The position numbers were made by a program, and so were the translations under genes. 64,000 nucleotides of DNA from Klebsiella phage KPN8, in the sequence record OP079919.1; one strand, written 5' to 3'. The notes beneath the pieces were generated by a model, which was given only the letters and a program-made list of their open reading frames with translations, was not told the DNA's origin and searched no databases. The number at the start of each line of letters is the position of its first letter. Positions within the stretch are counted from its first letter, which is position 1. Below are positions 35,980 through 45,410 of this stretch, piece after piece.

Positions 35980-37566
35980 GTGGAATTTAAACTCAGTTTA
36001 AAACAGAGTGGGAAAAGTCCATTTGCTGGAGTTATTGCGCAATATGGCGAAAGCATTATCGAGTTCAAAGGCAGTGGCAGATTAAATTGTGGTACGATTT
36101 ACGATGATCTTTTCTTTTCTTTTAACGAATACGTCGGGCATTTAGAAGAAAAGAATAAGGCCCGTTTATGGGAACTAATGGTTGCGGGTAAGACCATTTT
36201 GGACCCTTCTTATTTCGACATTGATAACGTCGACGAAGAACTGATGTTGAACAACCGGGATTATAATTTCCTCGTTAAGAAACTCAAACCCATCGTCGCT
36301 GAAATCTTCGATGTGTTGAAAATGAAGAACTATGAGTACTTCATGGAACAGTCCGGGTATATCGATCCACCTAAAGATCTTACCTCGATGTCTGGTCTTG
36401 GGGAGTATCCCGCTGAGACAACTATCACCGCCGAAGATTATCGTAATCTGGCAGCGTTGGTTTTAGGTTTACGCGGCCCACTGCCCATCATCACCGAGAT
36501 GATTTATAAAGTCGAGAGCATCGCCGGTAAAGCATATAAGGAAGTCGTAGCTGGGGATCTGATAAATGATATCGAGTGGGTCAAGCAACACGTCGGCTGG
36601 AATCGTTTAAACGAGTATATTTCTTTTACTTATAGCGCGAAGGGAAGGGGGCCTAATGGACTGAGAATCGATATTGTCAGTGACGATCGATTCACTACTC
36701 ATGTCGTCTATAAGGCGTTGTTCGGGCGTTTATGTTTAAGTCACGTGCCCAGCAAAGATCCACGAAAGAATTTGGTTAAATCGCTTTATTCCATCGTCAA
36801 CCAATCCGACAAAGTTCCTAGTAGTGTAAGGGAAAAGAAAGGAGGGGGTAAAGACGAGAGTAACGATAGAAGGAGTTCTTACGAGATCTATCAGTTACGA
36901 GAAGAAGTGAACGCAACCGATGAAGCGGCTGTGGCCGAGTTCTTTACGTTCGGTATGTTTGATGAAGATGACAATCCGATTTATAAAGATCGATTCGTAC
37001 ATCAGTGTAACGGTTTGAACATAGCTGATCCTAACAAAGCAGAAATTCTACATGATCTTCTGCCGGATAACTGGGATTATGAACCGAGACAGCATATCGT
37101 TAAATTGTGTCAGATGGCTTTCTCTGACGACATTCCTTTTAACATTTATTATGCACTGGATTATCATCAATTGATGTCGGCCATTGTGTTGGCTCAGTTA
37201 AAGCTACATCAAATGGGATATCCTCACCTCGCGGTATTGTTAACGTCAGTTGAGGATCCTGAAGGTGAGCGGATCAACGCAGACGTAATCTTCTCTTTAA
37301 ACCAAACAGAACGTCAACGTATCGAATCGTTATGTGATGTAGTTAAAGGAGACGGGGCCACATCAACTAATAACGAAGCAGTATCAGCGGCACTTGAGTT
37401 CTTTAAGGAACTCGGCAACAGTGCATGGCAGTCAACCATAGAGCTTGGTCTTATCGATGACGATAAAGCTTTAGAAAGTGCACCACGCGGTTTTTTATAC
37501 GAAGTCAATTTGGATATTCAGATTAAAGAAGAGTTCATTCGTCTTTATGAAGAAATCAACAGTTAA
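35980..37566 (+). CDS. hypothetical protein (528 aa), GTG start
   Basis: GGGAG 9 nt upstream of the GTG. No motif recognised. Confidence 0.6.
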   Translation: MEFKLSLKQSGKSPFAGVIAQYGESIIEFKGSGRLNCGTIYDDLFFSFNEYVGHLEEKNKARLWELMVAGKTILDPSYFDIDNVDEELMLNNRDYNFLVKKLKPIVAEIFDVLKMKNYEYFMEQSGYIDPPKDLTSMSGLGEYPAETTITAEDYRNLAALVLGLRGPLPIITEMIYKVESIAGKAYKEVVAGDLINDIEWVKQHVGWNRLNEYISFTYSAKGRGPNGLRIDIVSDDRFTTHVVYKALFGRLCLSHVPSKDPRKNLVKSLYSIVNQSDKVPSSVREKKGGGKDESNDRRSSYEIYQLREEVNATDEAAVAEFFTFGMFDEDDNPIYKDRFVHQCNGLNIADPNKAEILHDLLPDNWDYEPRQHIVKLCQMAFSDDIPFNIYYALDYHQLMSAIVLAQLKLHQMGYPHLAVLLTSVEDPEGERINADVIFSLNQTERQRIESLCDVVKGDGATSTNNEAVSAALEFFKELGNSAWQSTIELGLIDDDKALESAPRGFLYEVNLDIQIKEEFIRLYEEINS

Positions 37567-37599
37567 CATCCCCCATTAATCTTTTTAGGAATAATCATC

Positions 37600-39072
37600 A
37601 TGTCTACTGAAGGCAAAATCTATCTGGTCCGTGCGCGTTTTGGTTTGGCAAACATCTATCAAAATCAGGTAAACAGAACACAGAGCATGAGCATCAACTC
37701 CCAAGATGTCGATCTGCTCAACGTTTCAAAAATTAATGGTCGGGTCAGTCAGAACACATTGCACGAAATCGGCGTGCGGACAGGTGGAGTGTCCACTCAA
37801 GCCGACGGTTACGCGTTTATCGAAGATGGCTGGGACGCACCCCGTCGTGGGCTGGCGATGCTTGAATTCGAAATTGAATCAGCAATGAACGTCGAAGAAA
37901 AACTTCATATCCTCGGTTATCTGGCCGGCGGCAGTCCGTCTATTGATGAAGGCATTCCAGAAGACGTTATGTTTGTGCCGGTGCGTAATTGGGTGGTTAA
38001 CAAAACCATGCAAATGATGCATACCGGTCTGATGAAGTCCACAAGTAATTTGACAAGTGCGTCTCAGGTCCTTTTAAACAACCCGATGGCTTCAGGTGGC
38101 TCGTTCGCTATTCGTCCTCTGGATATTGTTGACGGTGCCTCAGGTATGGTTGCTGATGACGTCCAGGACCAATCGATGAATGGCGGGATGGAATCCCAGT
38201 ATGTCGGAACCAGTAACTCCATCCTTCAGCATACTGGCGCTGCTTACTCTAAAGCCAAAAACCAATCTCCGGGGGAATATGCGAAACAATTGCTCAAGTC
38301 GAGTTTACGAGCCGGGTCCTCTATGGAGACTTCTCGTGATCCGTATGGATCCATGGGTGATGCGTGCATGGACCCTGGTCTGAGCGAGACGGCCCTGCAT
38401 CGAGACCCGTTCTTTAAAACCATGCGTCATGCGTTAGGTATGGGTCAGATGCAAGGATTCCAAGGTTTCTCCGTGGGTCAGATTGCATACGTCTTTGAGA
38501 ATCTTCCTGACGTTATGGATATCAATGCGTGTGACGGAGATCGTTTCCAGATAGAAGATCATCGCTTGACGACGAATGAGTTGGGTTCGTCTAACTATAA
38601 CGAAATCATCGGTAATGAGTTGAGTAGCCTGGCGCAGTACATTCTCGTTGAATCAGAGTTGGGTTACCTGGACATCGCGGCAACTAACAATGTCCAGAAT
38701 TCCGTCGATAACGTCAATGGAATGCCGGTAGGTTTCGTTGTAGGCGAATGTGGTCTGCTGGTTGACGGACTGGAAGGTTCTTTGGAGGAACGTGTCGAGA
38801 AAGCAAAAGAGCTCTTCTTGAGCCATTTCTTCTTGAAGTACGCTACTCCGTATCTGCACGACCGTACTTTGATCAGCTTCCGTATGACGATGCGTCTCTT
38901 CGGCGAAACCGTTATCGAGATCTTCACCAATGGCGATGAAAGCAACAAACGCCGTATCGCTTTCCCGACCTTCTCGACTAACCGGACCGATCTGACTCTG
39001 GCGTCTATGGAATCTGCGGTTAATACCGGCACGACTTTCTTCCGTAACCTGAAAGACTATTTTAACTTTTAA
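37600..39072 (+). CDS. hypothetical abundant protein (490 aa), virion or nucleus-associated candidate
   Basis: Strong codon bias (CTG/CGT/GGT) and SD AGGAATAATCATC. No catalytic motif recognised. Confidence 0.65.
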   Translation: MSTEGKIYLVRARFGLANIYQNQVNRTQSMSINSQDVDLLNVSKINGRVSQNTLHEIGVRTGGVSTQADGYAFIEDGWDAPRRGLAMLEFEIESAMNVEEKLHILGYLAGGSPSIDEGIPEDVMFVPVRNWVVNKTMQMMHTGLMKSTSNLTSASQVLLNNPMASGGSFAIRPLDIVDGASGMVADDVQDQSMNGGMESQYVGTSNSILQHTGAAYSKAKNQSPGEYAKQLLKSSLRAGSSMETSRDPYGSMGDACMDPGLSETALHRDPFFKTMRHALGMGQMQGFQGFSVGQIAYVFENLPDVMDINACDGDRFQIEDHRLTTNELGSSNYNEIIGNELSSLAQYILVESELGYLDIAATNNVQNSVDNVNGMPVGFVVGECGLLVDGLEGSLEERVEKAKELFLSHFFLKYATPYLHDRTLISFRMTMRLFGETVIEIFTNGDESNKRRIAFPTFSTNRTDLTLASMESAVNTGTTFFRNLKDYFNF

Positions 39073-39087
39073 TAGGAACGTTTAATA

Positions 39088-40479
39088 ATGAATAACCTGA
39101 ACAAACTTTATCTGTCCATGCTGGAAGCTTGGGGTGCTAAAATGGAACCCGATCATAGTCTGGTTATGGTTCTGGATGGAGAGAAGTACCCTATTAAGGT
39201 TGATGGAATGAATGTCTATCTCCCGGTAGACACTGTTCTGGATGGTAACACCATGGATAAAGTTTTCTTCCATCCGGCCTGCGAAAGCATTATCAGCCGC
39301 GAAACAGAGATCTTTAAAGTCATTCGTAAACTGACCGGCATGAAGCTTCTGGATACCTTTAAAAAGCTCCCCCTGGTTCTGTTCAATATCGCGTCAAAAC
39401 GTTCCAACAAAAATCTGCGCAGTGATCTGGTTGATATCATCGATCCGTTACGCGACGTCAAAGAAGCAACGCGTAAAGAAGTAATGAATCTGTTTGAACA
39501 AATGCGTGTCGATCTCGAAGAGAACGCAACTGTCGACAATCGTTTCATCCACTTCCAAACAACACGCGGCGGCCGTAGCAAAGTAGGCGGGGAAAAGATC
39601 TGTTATAAAGCTAAACCTATTTTCCCGTTCTATTCGGAAATGGCGAAAAAGCTGAATCGCAGTGAAGGTCTTCCGGATAACCAATCTGTTGATGTTAACG
39701 GATGTCAGATTAGTGTGGGCGGGCTCCGAATCGCAGTGGGTATCTTTAAAGCGGTGTTCCCGGAAATCGATACGCCGGACTTCTACGAGTTCGAATATCA
39801 TCATCCGGACGCCGCTCGACTCTGCGCGTTCTCTGGGGCGTATGTCAACGTGGCTGAATCCATCAACTCTCTGCAGAACTCGTTCCGTACTGAGTTCGAT
39901 AAGGTTGGAGTGTATGGGTTGGAAGTGGGCTTCTTTGAGAAGATGGATAATATCTCCGAATTCTACAAACAAGTTCCTGCCATGAACTATAACTCCCAGA
40001 ATACAGTGGCGGATAGTTCATCAGGTAAATCACATTTGATCGACCAGGTGATCAACACTCAGTCAGTGATTAACCAGAATCAGCCGCAGCAGAACCCCCA
40101 ACAACATATCGGTGGTGACAGCAACAACGGTTTCCGTTCCGTTGTAGAAGCCAGCATGCAGCCTGGTGAAGTTTATCAGGGTTGGTATTACGACCAGAAC
40201 ACGTCGTTCTATATCCACACAACGATGTCTACTGCCGGTCAGGTAAGCTATCGGATAACTCGCGCCGGTAACTTACTCAGCCGAGAATATAACGGGGTAC
40301 CTCAGCAGCAAGGGATGTATCAGGGCTATGGTCAGTATTATCAACAGCAGTACATGCAACCTATCGCTTACGCTAACGTGGGCGCGCCTCAGCAGCAGCA
40401 GTATGTGATGGCGACTCCTCAGATGCAGCAGTCTGTTGTTAACACTGGTTATCAACAGCCGTCCATTCTGACTTTCTAA
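39088..40479 (+). CDS. hypothetical protein with a C-terminal Q/Y/N-rich low-complexity (prion-like) tail
   Basis: The last ~140 aa are QNQPQQNPQQ...QQQGMYQGYGQYYQQQYMQPIAYANVGAPQQQQYVMATPQMQQSVVNTGYQQPS. SD AGGAACG. Moderate codon bias. Confidence 0.65.
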   Translation: MNNLNKLYLSMLEAWGAKMEPDHSLVMVLDGEKYPIKVDGMNVYLPVDTVLDGNTMDKVFFHPACESIISRETEIFKVIRKLTGMKLLDTFKKLPLVLFNIASKRSNKNLRSDLVDIIDPLRDVKEATRKEVMNLFEQMRVDLEENATVDNRFIHFQTTRGGRSKVGGEKICYKAKPIFPFYSEMAKKLNRSEGLPDNQSVDVNGCQISVGGLRIAVGIFKAVFPEIDTPDFYEFEYHHPDAARLCAFSGAYVNVAESINSLQNSFRTEFDKVGVYGLEVGFFEKMDNISEFYKQVPAMNYNSQNTVADSSSGKSHLIDQVINTQSVINQNQPQQNPQQHIGGDSNNGFRSVVEASMQPGEVYQGWYYDQNTSFYIHTTMSTAGQVSYRITRAGNLLSREYNGVPQQQGMYQGYGQYYQQQYMQPIAYANVGAPQQQQYVMATPQMQQSVVNTGYQQPSILTF

Positions 40480-40491
40480 CTTAACCTGTGT

Positions 40492-40527
40492 AGTGAATGG
40501 GGAAATCCCCATTCACTATTTTTTTGG
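40492..40527 (+). terminator. intrinsic terminator
   Basis: AGTGAATGGGG-AAAT-CCCCATTCACT 11-bp stem followed by ATTTTTTTGG. Confidence 0.8.
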
Positions 40528-40535
40528 GATAAAAT

Positions 40536-40886
40536 ATGCGAGCCGTCGTTTTAACTAAAGATTATTTGCTTTACTGGGAAAAACAAAACCGCATTACGGT
40601 CAGAAATATTGTAAATCTCCTCAACGTTAAACCAGTTTACGGGGAACTTTTATCTGATCTTCATGCCAGAGTGGATTCAGAAAGACTCACCGTTGAATTT
40701 CGTAACGTCGTGGCGAAGTTTGAAAGATTTAAACTAACCCCCCAATTGAATATTGAAGCGGACGTTTCTTTCATGGGAAGCTTAAAAGAAAACACGCCTC
40801 CCTCCTCCGACGTGGTTTACCACGCCAGAGGATTTTTAATGGGAGACCGTTTAAATGTTGTTGCTATTGACGTTTCGTTGAAATAA
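40536..40886 (+). CDS. hypothetical protein
   Basis: 116-aa ORF just downstream of the terminator. Confidence 0.5.
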   Translation: MRAVVLTKDYLLYWEKQNRITVRNIVNLLNVKPVYGELLSDLHARVDSERLTVEFRNVVAKFERFKLTPQLNIEADVSFMGSLKENTPPSSDVVYHARGFLMGDRLNVVAIDVSLK

Positions 40887-40920
40887 ATTAAAACTGCGCA
40901 TTGTATCTTAAGCGACTATG

Positions 40921-41244
40921 CTAACTTAACCTCTGAGTATTTGCTTTAGAGATCAAGTTATCGACGATCTGCTGGTCGACATAAAGAAACGTGGTCATTC
41001 CACTAACATCTTGACTTGGATCCGTGATTTTATTTAAAAAACAAGTTATCCATCTCATTTCAATGGGTATATTGTGTGCTCTCAAAACACGACTAAAATC
41101 GTACTTGTGTGCATTAAGAAAACTTCTATCGGAGATAACCTGGGTCTTAGCCATGGAAGTTAAATAATCAATGTTGCTGCGTAATAAGACCTTGGTATCC
41201 TCGGAGAAGTAAACGTCATCAACGGTGACAAAATTACTGAACAT
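40921..41244 (-). CDS. hypothetical protein (isolated minus-strand gene)
   Basis: Strong SD AAGGAG 6 nt upstream of the ATG at 41244. Confidence 0.6.
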   Translation of the reverse strand: MFSNFVTVDDVYFSEDTKVLLRSNIDYLTSMAKTQVISDRSFLNAHKYDFSRVLRAHNIPIEMRWITCFLNKITDPSQDVSGMTTFLYVDQQIVDNLISKANTQRLS

Positions 41245-41319
41245 AAGCTAACTCCTTTAAGACCTATATCATCGCGATGTACCACAACTTTAGGAATAAC
41301 AACGATAGAGGCACATTTC

Positions 41320-43431
41320 ATGGCAGAAAAATTTGTCTATAAGAAACCCATAAACCAGCTTAAACCAGAGTTGATGTCTATCAATATTAACTTGAACTCA
41401 TTTCCCTGGTCGGTTTCATCGTCACGTCAATATATGTTGGGTGGTAACGTAGCTAAAGCAGTTTCCATACAAGGGGCGTCGACAAGACGCAACCCTACCG
41501 GCTTCGAACCAGAATATGCTAAGTATGCTCGTAAAGTCGTAGCGCCGTCAAACATGACTGTAGAGAGAACATTTTATCAGCGATCTCTTCAACCCGGTAG
41601 CAATCTTGCAGATGATTGGGCGGAGATCCACGTTATCTTCTTTAATGAAGAACACCAGCTTTATGATCTCTTGACTATTCCACGATTTAATACGCAGAAT
41701 ACTTACGTTGGGTTTGAGTACAAACTTAACAAGGATAACCTTCGTAAACTCAGTACAGAATCACCGACCTTTAAGAAAGGCGATGTGTTTGCGTATTCTC
41801 CAAATATCAGCGATACTGGAGAGTGGATGTTTGGTACTGAGGCGATGGTTTGTGGGATGACCGCACCTTATACCGAAGAAGACGGCATTGCGATCACTGA
41901 GAGCTTTGCTCGTAAGCTGACCAGCATCTTCCAGCATTCTCGTAAGTTCTCCTGGAACGAAGCAGAGTACGTACCGCTGAATCTTTATGGAACATTAGAT
42001 TCTCCACGGCCTTTCCCTGAGAACGGAGAAAGTGTTCGTAGCGACGGCATCGTCATGGGTTTCCGTAGACGTGACACTTCGAGCGCTCTGGTGGGGTTAA
42101 CCAAAAAAGCACTCATGCGTCCTGATCAAACTTATGATATTCTTTTCTACGCACCTAAAGATTGCGTTGTTAAAAATATCTCGGTCAAGTCAGATCGCTA
42201 TAAGAACGTTTCCAATAACAAACGTCAGGAGAAGATTACTCAGCCCCACACTCAGTTGCTGGAACGTTATGAACAGCGCTCTAACCAAATGGCGTTTGAG
42301 GTCCAGGAGTGGTATTACCGGATGGATGCGAAGTTTAAAGATTCCGATCTTCCTTTCACCCATGCGCTCCAAGAGTTCATCTCTAAACAGTTAGGCGACG
42401 TCACTAAAAACTTCGCTACCGGCAAGTATAACCAGGTCAAGCGAACCCACCGCAATAAGGCGCTTTTGGATTGGAACGTCGAGATTACTTTAAAGGAAAG
42501 AGTCACTGCGCGTAAACGTTTTAAAATTACCGACACTCAAGGTGCAAAAGGCGTAATCGTTCACATTATACCCGATGCTAACGCACCTCGATATGCCGAT
42601 GGACGTCGATCAGAAGTCATTATTAACAATACTCCTGCTTTTAGACGCCAGATCTTTTCGGCGTTAATAGAAGCTGGGGTTAACTTAATAGGTCTGGAGA
42701 TCGAAAACAGGATCAGGGTTCTCGTTGCTCAAAATGGAGGGTATAAGAAAGCTTATCAGGAGCTCATTAAGTTTTATCGTTCTACCGCTCCGGAGTTCGC
42801 TGATATCGTTGATGCCGCTCTCCCCACGGAAGAAGAACAATTCGATCACGTTGACTTTGTGTTGAGTGATAAGATCTGCGTTCAACGTCGAAGCGACGCC
42901 CAGCTGTATGGCGCCGATATTCTGAGATTGATGCGCGAGACCTATCCGGATATCAGACCTCAAAAGGCAATTTACATTAACGAGCTCGGTCAGGAAATCA
43001 CCACCATGTTCCCTGTCAGTATCAGCAGCATGTATTACATCCTGCTTGATAAGTTCGGTAACGATATGAGTTGTCAGTCATTCCCTAAACGTAACGTGTA
43101 CGGCCTGCCGTCTAAGTTGAACCATGGCGATCGTTATAGGGATTGGCACCGTGCTCAACCAGGCCGTAATATGGGCGAGGCAGAATCACGTCAGAAGAAT
43201 ACTCAGATGGGGGGAGAAGAAGTTGTAAGGCAGTTAGCTGCAGCTAACTCCCCTTACGTTTGTATCATGATGACGAAGCGTATTATTCGGGCTAATAACC
43301 CGTTTCGAATTAAAACCATTATTAAACCTGAAGAGTATGCGATGAGCCGATCTTTGGGAATGACGATGAATTTACTTAACGACGCGGGTTATACTTTACG
43401 TAAGGAAAAAGACAGTGATCTTACTTCGTGA
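41320..43431 (+). CDS. multisubunit RNA polymerase beta-like subunit, C-terminal fragment
   Basis: RFKITDTQGAKGVIVHIIP...RSEVIINNTPAFRRQIFSALIEAG aligns to E. coli beta GDKMAGRHGNKGVISKINP...[30 protein letters not shown]. Confidence 0.75.
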   Translation: MAEKFVYKKPINQLKPELMSININLNSFPWSVSSSRQYMLGGNVAKAVSIQGASTRRNPTGFEPEYAKYARKVVAPSNMTVERTFYQRSLQPGSNLADDWAEIHVIFFNEEHQLYDLLTIPRFNTQNTYVGFEYKLNKDNLRKLSTESPTFKKGDVFAYSPNISDTGEWMFGTEAMVCGMTAPYTEEDGIAITESFARKLTSIFQHSRKFSWNEAEYVPLNLYGTLDSPRPFPENGESVRSDGIVMGFRRRDTSSALVGLTKKALMRPDQTYDILFYAPKDCVVKNISVKSDRYKNVSNNKRQEKITQPHTQLLERYEQRSNQMAFEVQEWYYRMDAKFKDSDLPFTHALQEFISKQLGDVTKNFATGKYNQVKRTHRNKALLDWNVEITLKERVTARKRFKITDTQGAKGVIVHIIPDANAPRYADGRRSEVIINNTPAFRRQIFSALIEAGVNLIGLEIENRIRVLVAQNGGYKKAYQELIKFYRSTAPEFADIVDAALPTEEEQFDHVDFVLSDKICVQRRSDAQLYGADILRLMRETYPDIRPQKAIYINELGQEITTMFPVSISSMYYILLDKFGNDMSCQSFPKRNVYGLPSKLNHGDRYRDWHRAQPGRNMGEAESRQKNTQMGGEEVVRQLAAANSPYVCIMMTKRIIRANNPFRIKTIIKPEEYAMSRSLGMTMNLLNDAGYTLRKEKDSDLTS

Positions 43432-45394
43432 TTATGCGAATCTGACCGAACGAGAGCTCCTGACCAAATGGTGGAAGAATCGTGTTAAAGTTGTGGTTAA
43501 GGATGACCACGGTGAAACACTAGAAACCGATTCTTACGTGTTGATGGTGAATTGGTACGGATTATCGATTCACCGAGCCTATAACAAAATCCCTTATTCC
43601 ATACAAGAGATATTCCAAGCCAAAGTTTGGAATGATAAAACAATACAGCGGCCCATTAACTGGTTCCTCCAAAATCAGTTGATGCCGTTAATTGACGATC
43701 CGGTTGAAACTGATCGGATCAAGCAAATGATCTACGAGTGGCAGATCAAACTTAATAACTTCCTGCATTTCTTTGGACAGGGTGCTGAGATATCGGCATT
43801 GGGGTACGATATACTCGACGTCATGGACCATCCTTCGATGAAGAGTATCAAGGAGCGGATCCATTCTCTCGAAATAACCATCGATGAAGGGGAGGCGGAA
43901 TTTAAATCGCTTATCCTTGAGCATGAAGATTTCGATAGCAACACCTTTGCTTTACTCGCTAGGACCGGATCGGTTTCGGTCAATCAGGGCTTCCAAACCG
44001 TTATTATCAGGGGATCGGTATTTGACCTAAACAACCAGATACTCCCCAATCCTGTAGAAGCATCATTTGCAGATGGTTTGGTTAATTTGGCAGATGCTTT
44101 GGGTGAGAGTAAAGCGGCGGGCAAGAGTCTCATCAGTAACGGCCGCGCATTGGAAGATTCAGAGTGGTTCCATAGGAAATTGCATATTGTGACTTCCGTG
44201 GTGACAGATCTGCATCATCAGACTGATTGCGGGACAACCTTCACAGTACCGATTAAAATTCTTTCCAGGGATATGCTTTCTGCTATGAAGGGCAAGTATA
44301 TCGTGGAAGAAGGTAAGTTGGTGTTATTAACCGATCAAACCATTAAACGTTACCATAAGGGCGACGTTATTAATATGAGGTCGGTTAAAGGCTGTCTTAC
44401 CCATAAGCCTGGTGAACCTTGTGGGGTGTGTTACGGTAAGATGAAGGCGTCGATACCGTATAACGTCATCATGATGAAATCTGCGAATCCTGGGATGTAT
44501 TCCGCCACGGCAATTGCAGAACGTATTGGTCAGGCTCTTCTTTCGACCAAACACTTCATGAGACACACTCAAACTATTCCGTTCTTTGTTAAGCCAACAG
44601 ATGCGGATGTGATCTCCTCTGATACGAATTACATTTTCTTGAATAAAGAAATGTGTCGTAAAGGAACTAAGGTCATATTGGATGGGTTGATCGGAAGCGA
44701 GCTTTCTGACTTCCGAAATCTGGAATCTCTGGATGAGATCAATTTCGATCAATTGCGGACATTCCCTTCTGTTGCGTTTGAATATGAAACGGAAGACCCG
44801 ATGACCGAAGGTATTGCGATCACACAACGTAATATCACCACGTCCGTATCCTCTCGTAGTGCAAGGATGTCAAGAGAGTTTATCGAGTACGCCATCGTTA
44901 AAGGTTGGGAGAAAGATAAAAAGTTGATTACGGTCGATCTGTCTGATTATCGTAGTGAGGATCCGTTGTTCTTCCTTCCTTACGTGCATGAGGACCTGGA
45001 TCAGTATCGCCGTCAAATCGAAGGATTCGTCTCTTTCTCCAACCGTAACAACGCTTGGAAGCAAAGGGAGATAACTCCTGAGATCTTCGGGGAAGTATTA
45101 GGGGAAATGTGGAGCTTGGTAAACCGTAAGTTTGCTGGGATCAACATTATTCACTCCGAGATTATCCTCTACTCCCTGTTAACCAGGGATCCGTTTAACG
45201 GATTGTATAGGATACCGAGAGGCGACGAGCCCCAGTATTTCTCCGCTTTCACGCATTGCATTAACAATCGAGGAATAGGGACCCTGGCGATTTACCAGAA
45301 GCAAAATCAGATACTCGAATCCCCTGAGACGTATGATATTAAAGAACGTCAAGGAGGCGCCTTTGAGTGTTATCTGGCTCCAGCCGTCCTATAG
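43415..45394 (+). CDS. multisubunit RNA polymerase beta-prime-like subunit, C-terminal fragment
   Basis: Cys cluster GCLTHKPGEPCGVCYG, then SATAIAERIGQALLSTKHFMRHTQT, which resembles the beta-prime trigger-loop region [21 protein letters not shown]. GTG start with an AAGGA SD. Overlaps the beta fragment by 17 nt. Confidence 0.7.
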   Translation: MILLRDYANLTERELLTKWWKNRVKVVVKDDHGETLETDSYVLMVNWYGLSIHRAYNKIPYSIQEIFQAKVWNDKTIQRPINWFLQNQLMPLIDDPVETDRIKQMIYEWQIKLNNFLHFFGQGAEISALGYDILDVMDHPSMKSIKERIHSLEITIDEGEAEFKSLILEHEDFDSNTFALLARTGSVSVNQGFQTVIIRGSVFDLNNQILPNPVEASFADGLVNLADALGESKAAGKSLISNGRALEDSEWFHRKLHIVTSVVTDLHHQTDCGTTFTVPIKILSRDMLSAMKGKYIVEEGKLVLLTDQTIKRYHKGDVINMRSVKGCLTHKPGEPCGVCYGKMKASIPYNVIMMKSANPGMYSATAIAERIGQALLSTKHFMRHTQTIPFFVKPTDADVISSDTNYIFLNKEMCRKGTKVILDGLIGSELSDFRNLESLDEINFDQLRTFPSVAFEYETEDPMTEGIAITQRNITTSVSSRSARMSREFIEYAIVKGWEKDKKLITVDLSDYRSEDPLFFLPYVHEDLDQYRRQIEGFVSFSNRNNAWKQREITPEIFGEVLGEMWSLVNRKFAGINIIHSEIILYSLLTRDPFNGLYRIPRGDEPQYFSAFTHCINNRGIGTLAIYQKQNQILESPETYDIKERQGGAFECYLAPAVL

Positions 45395-45410
45395 ACAATA
45401 GGAGTTAACC

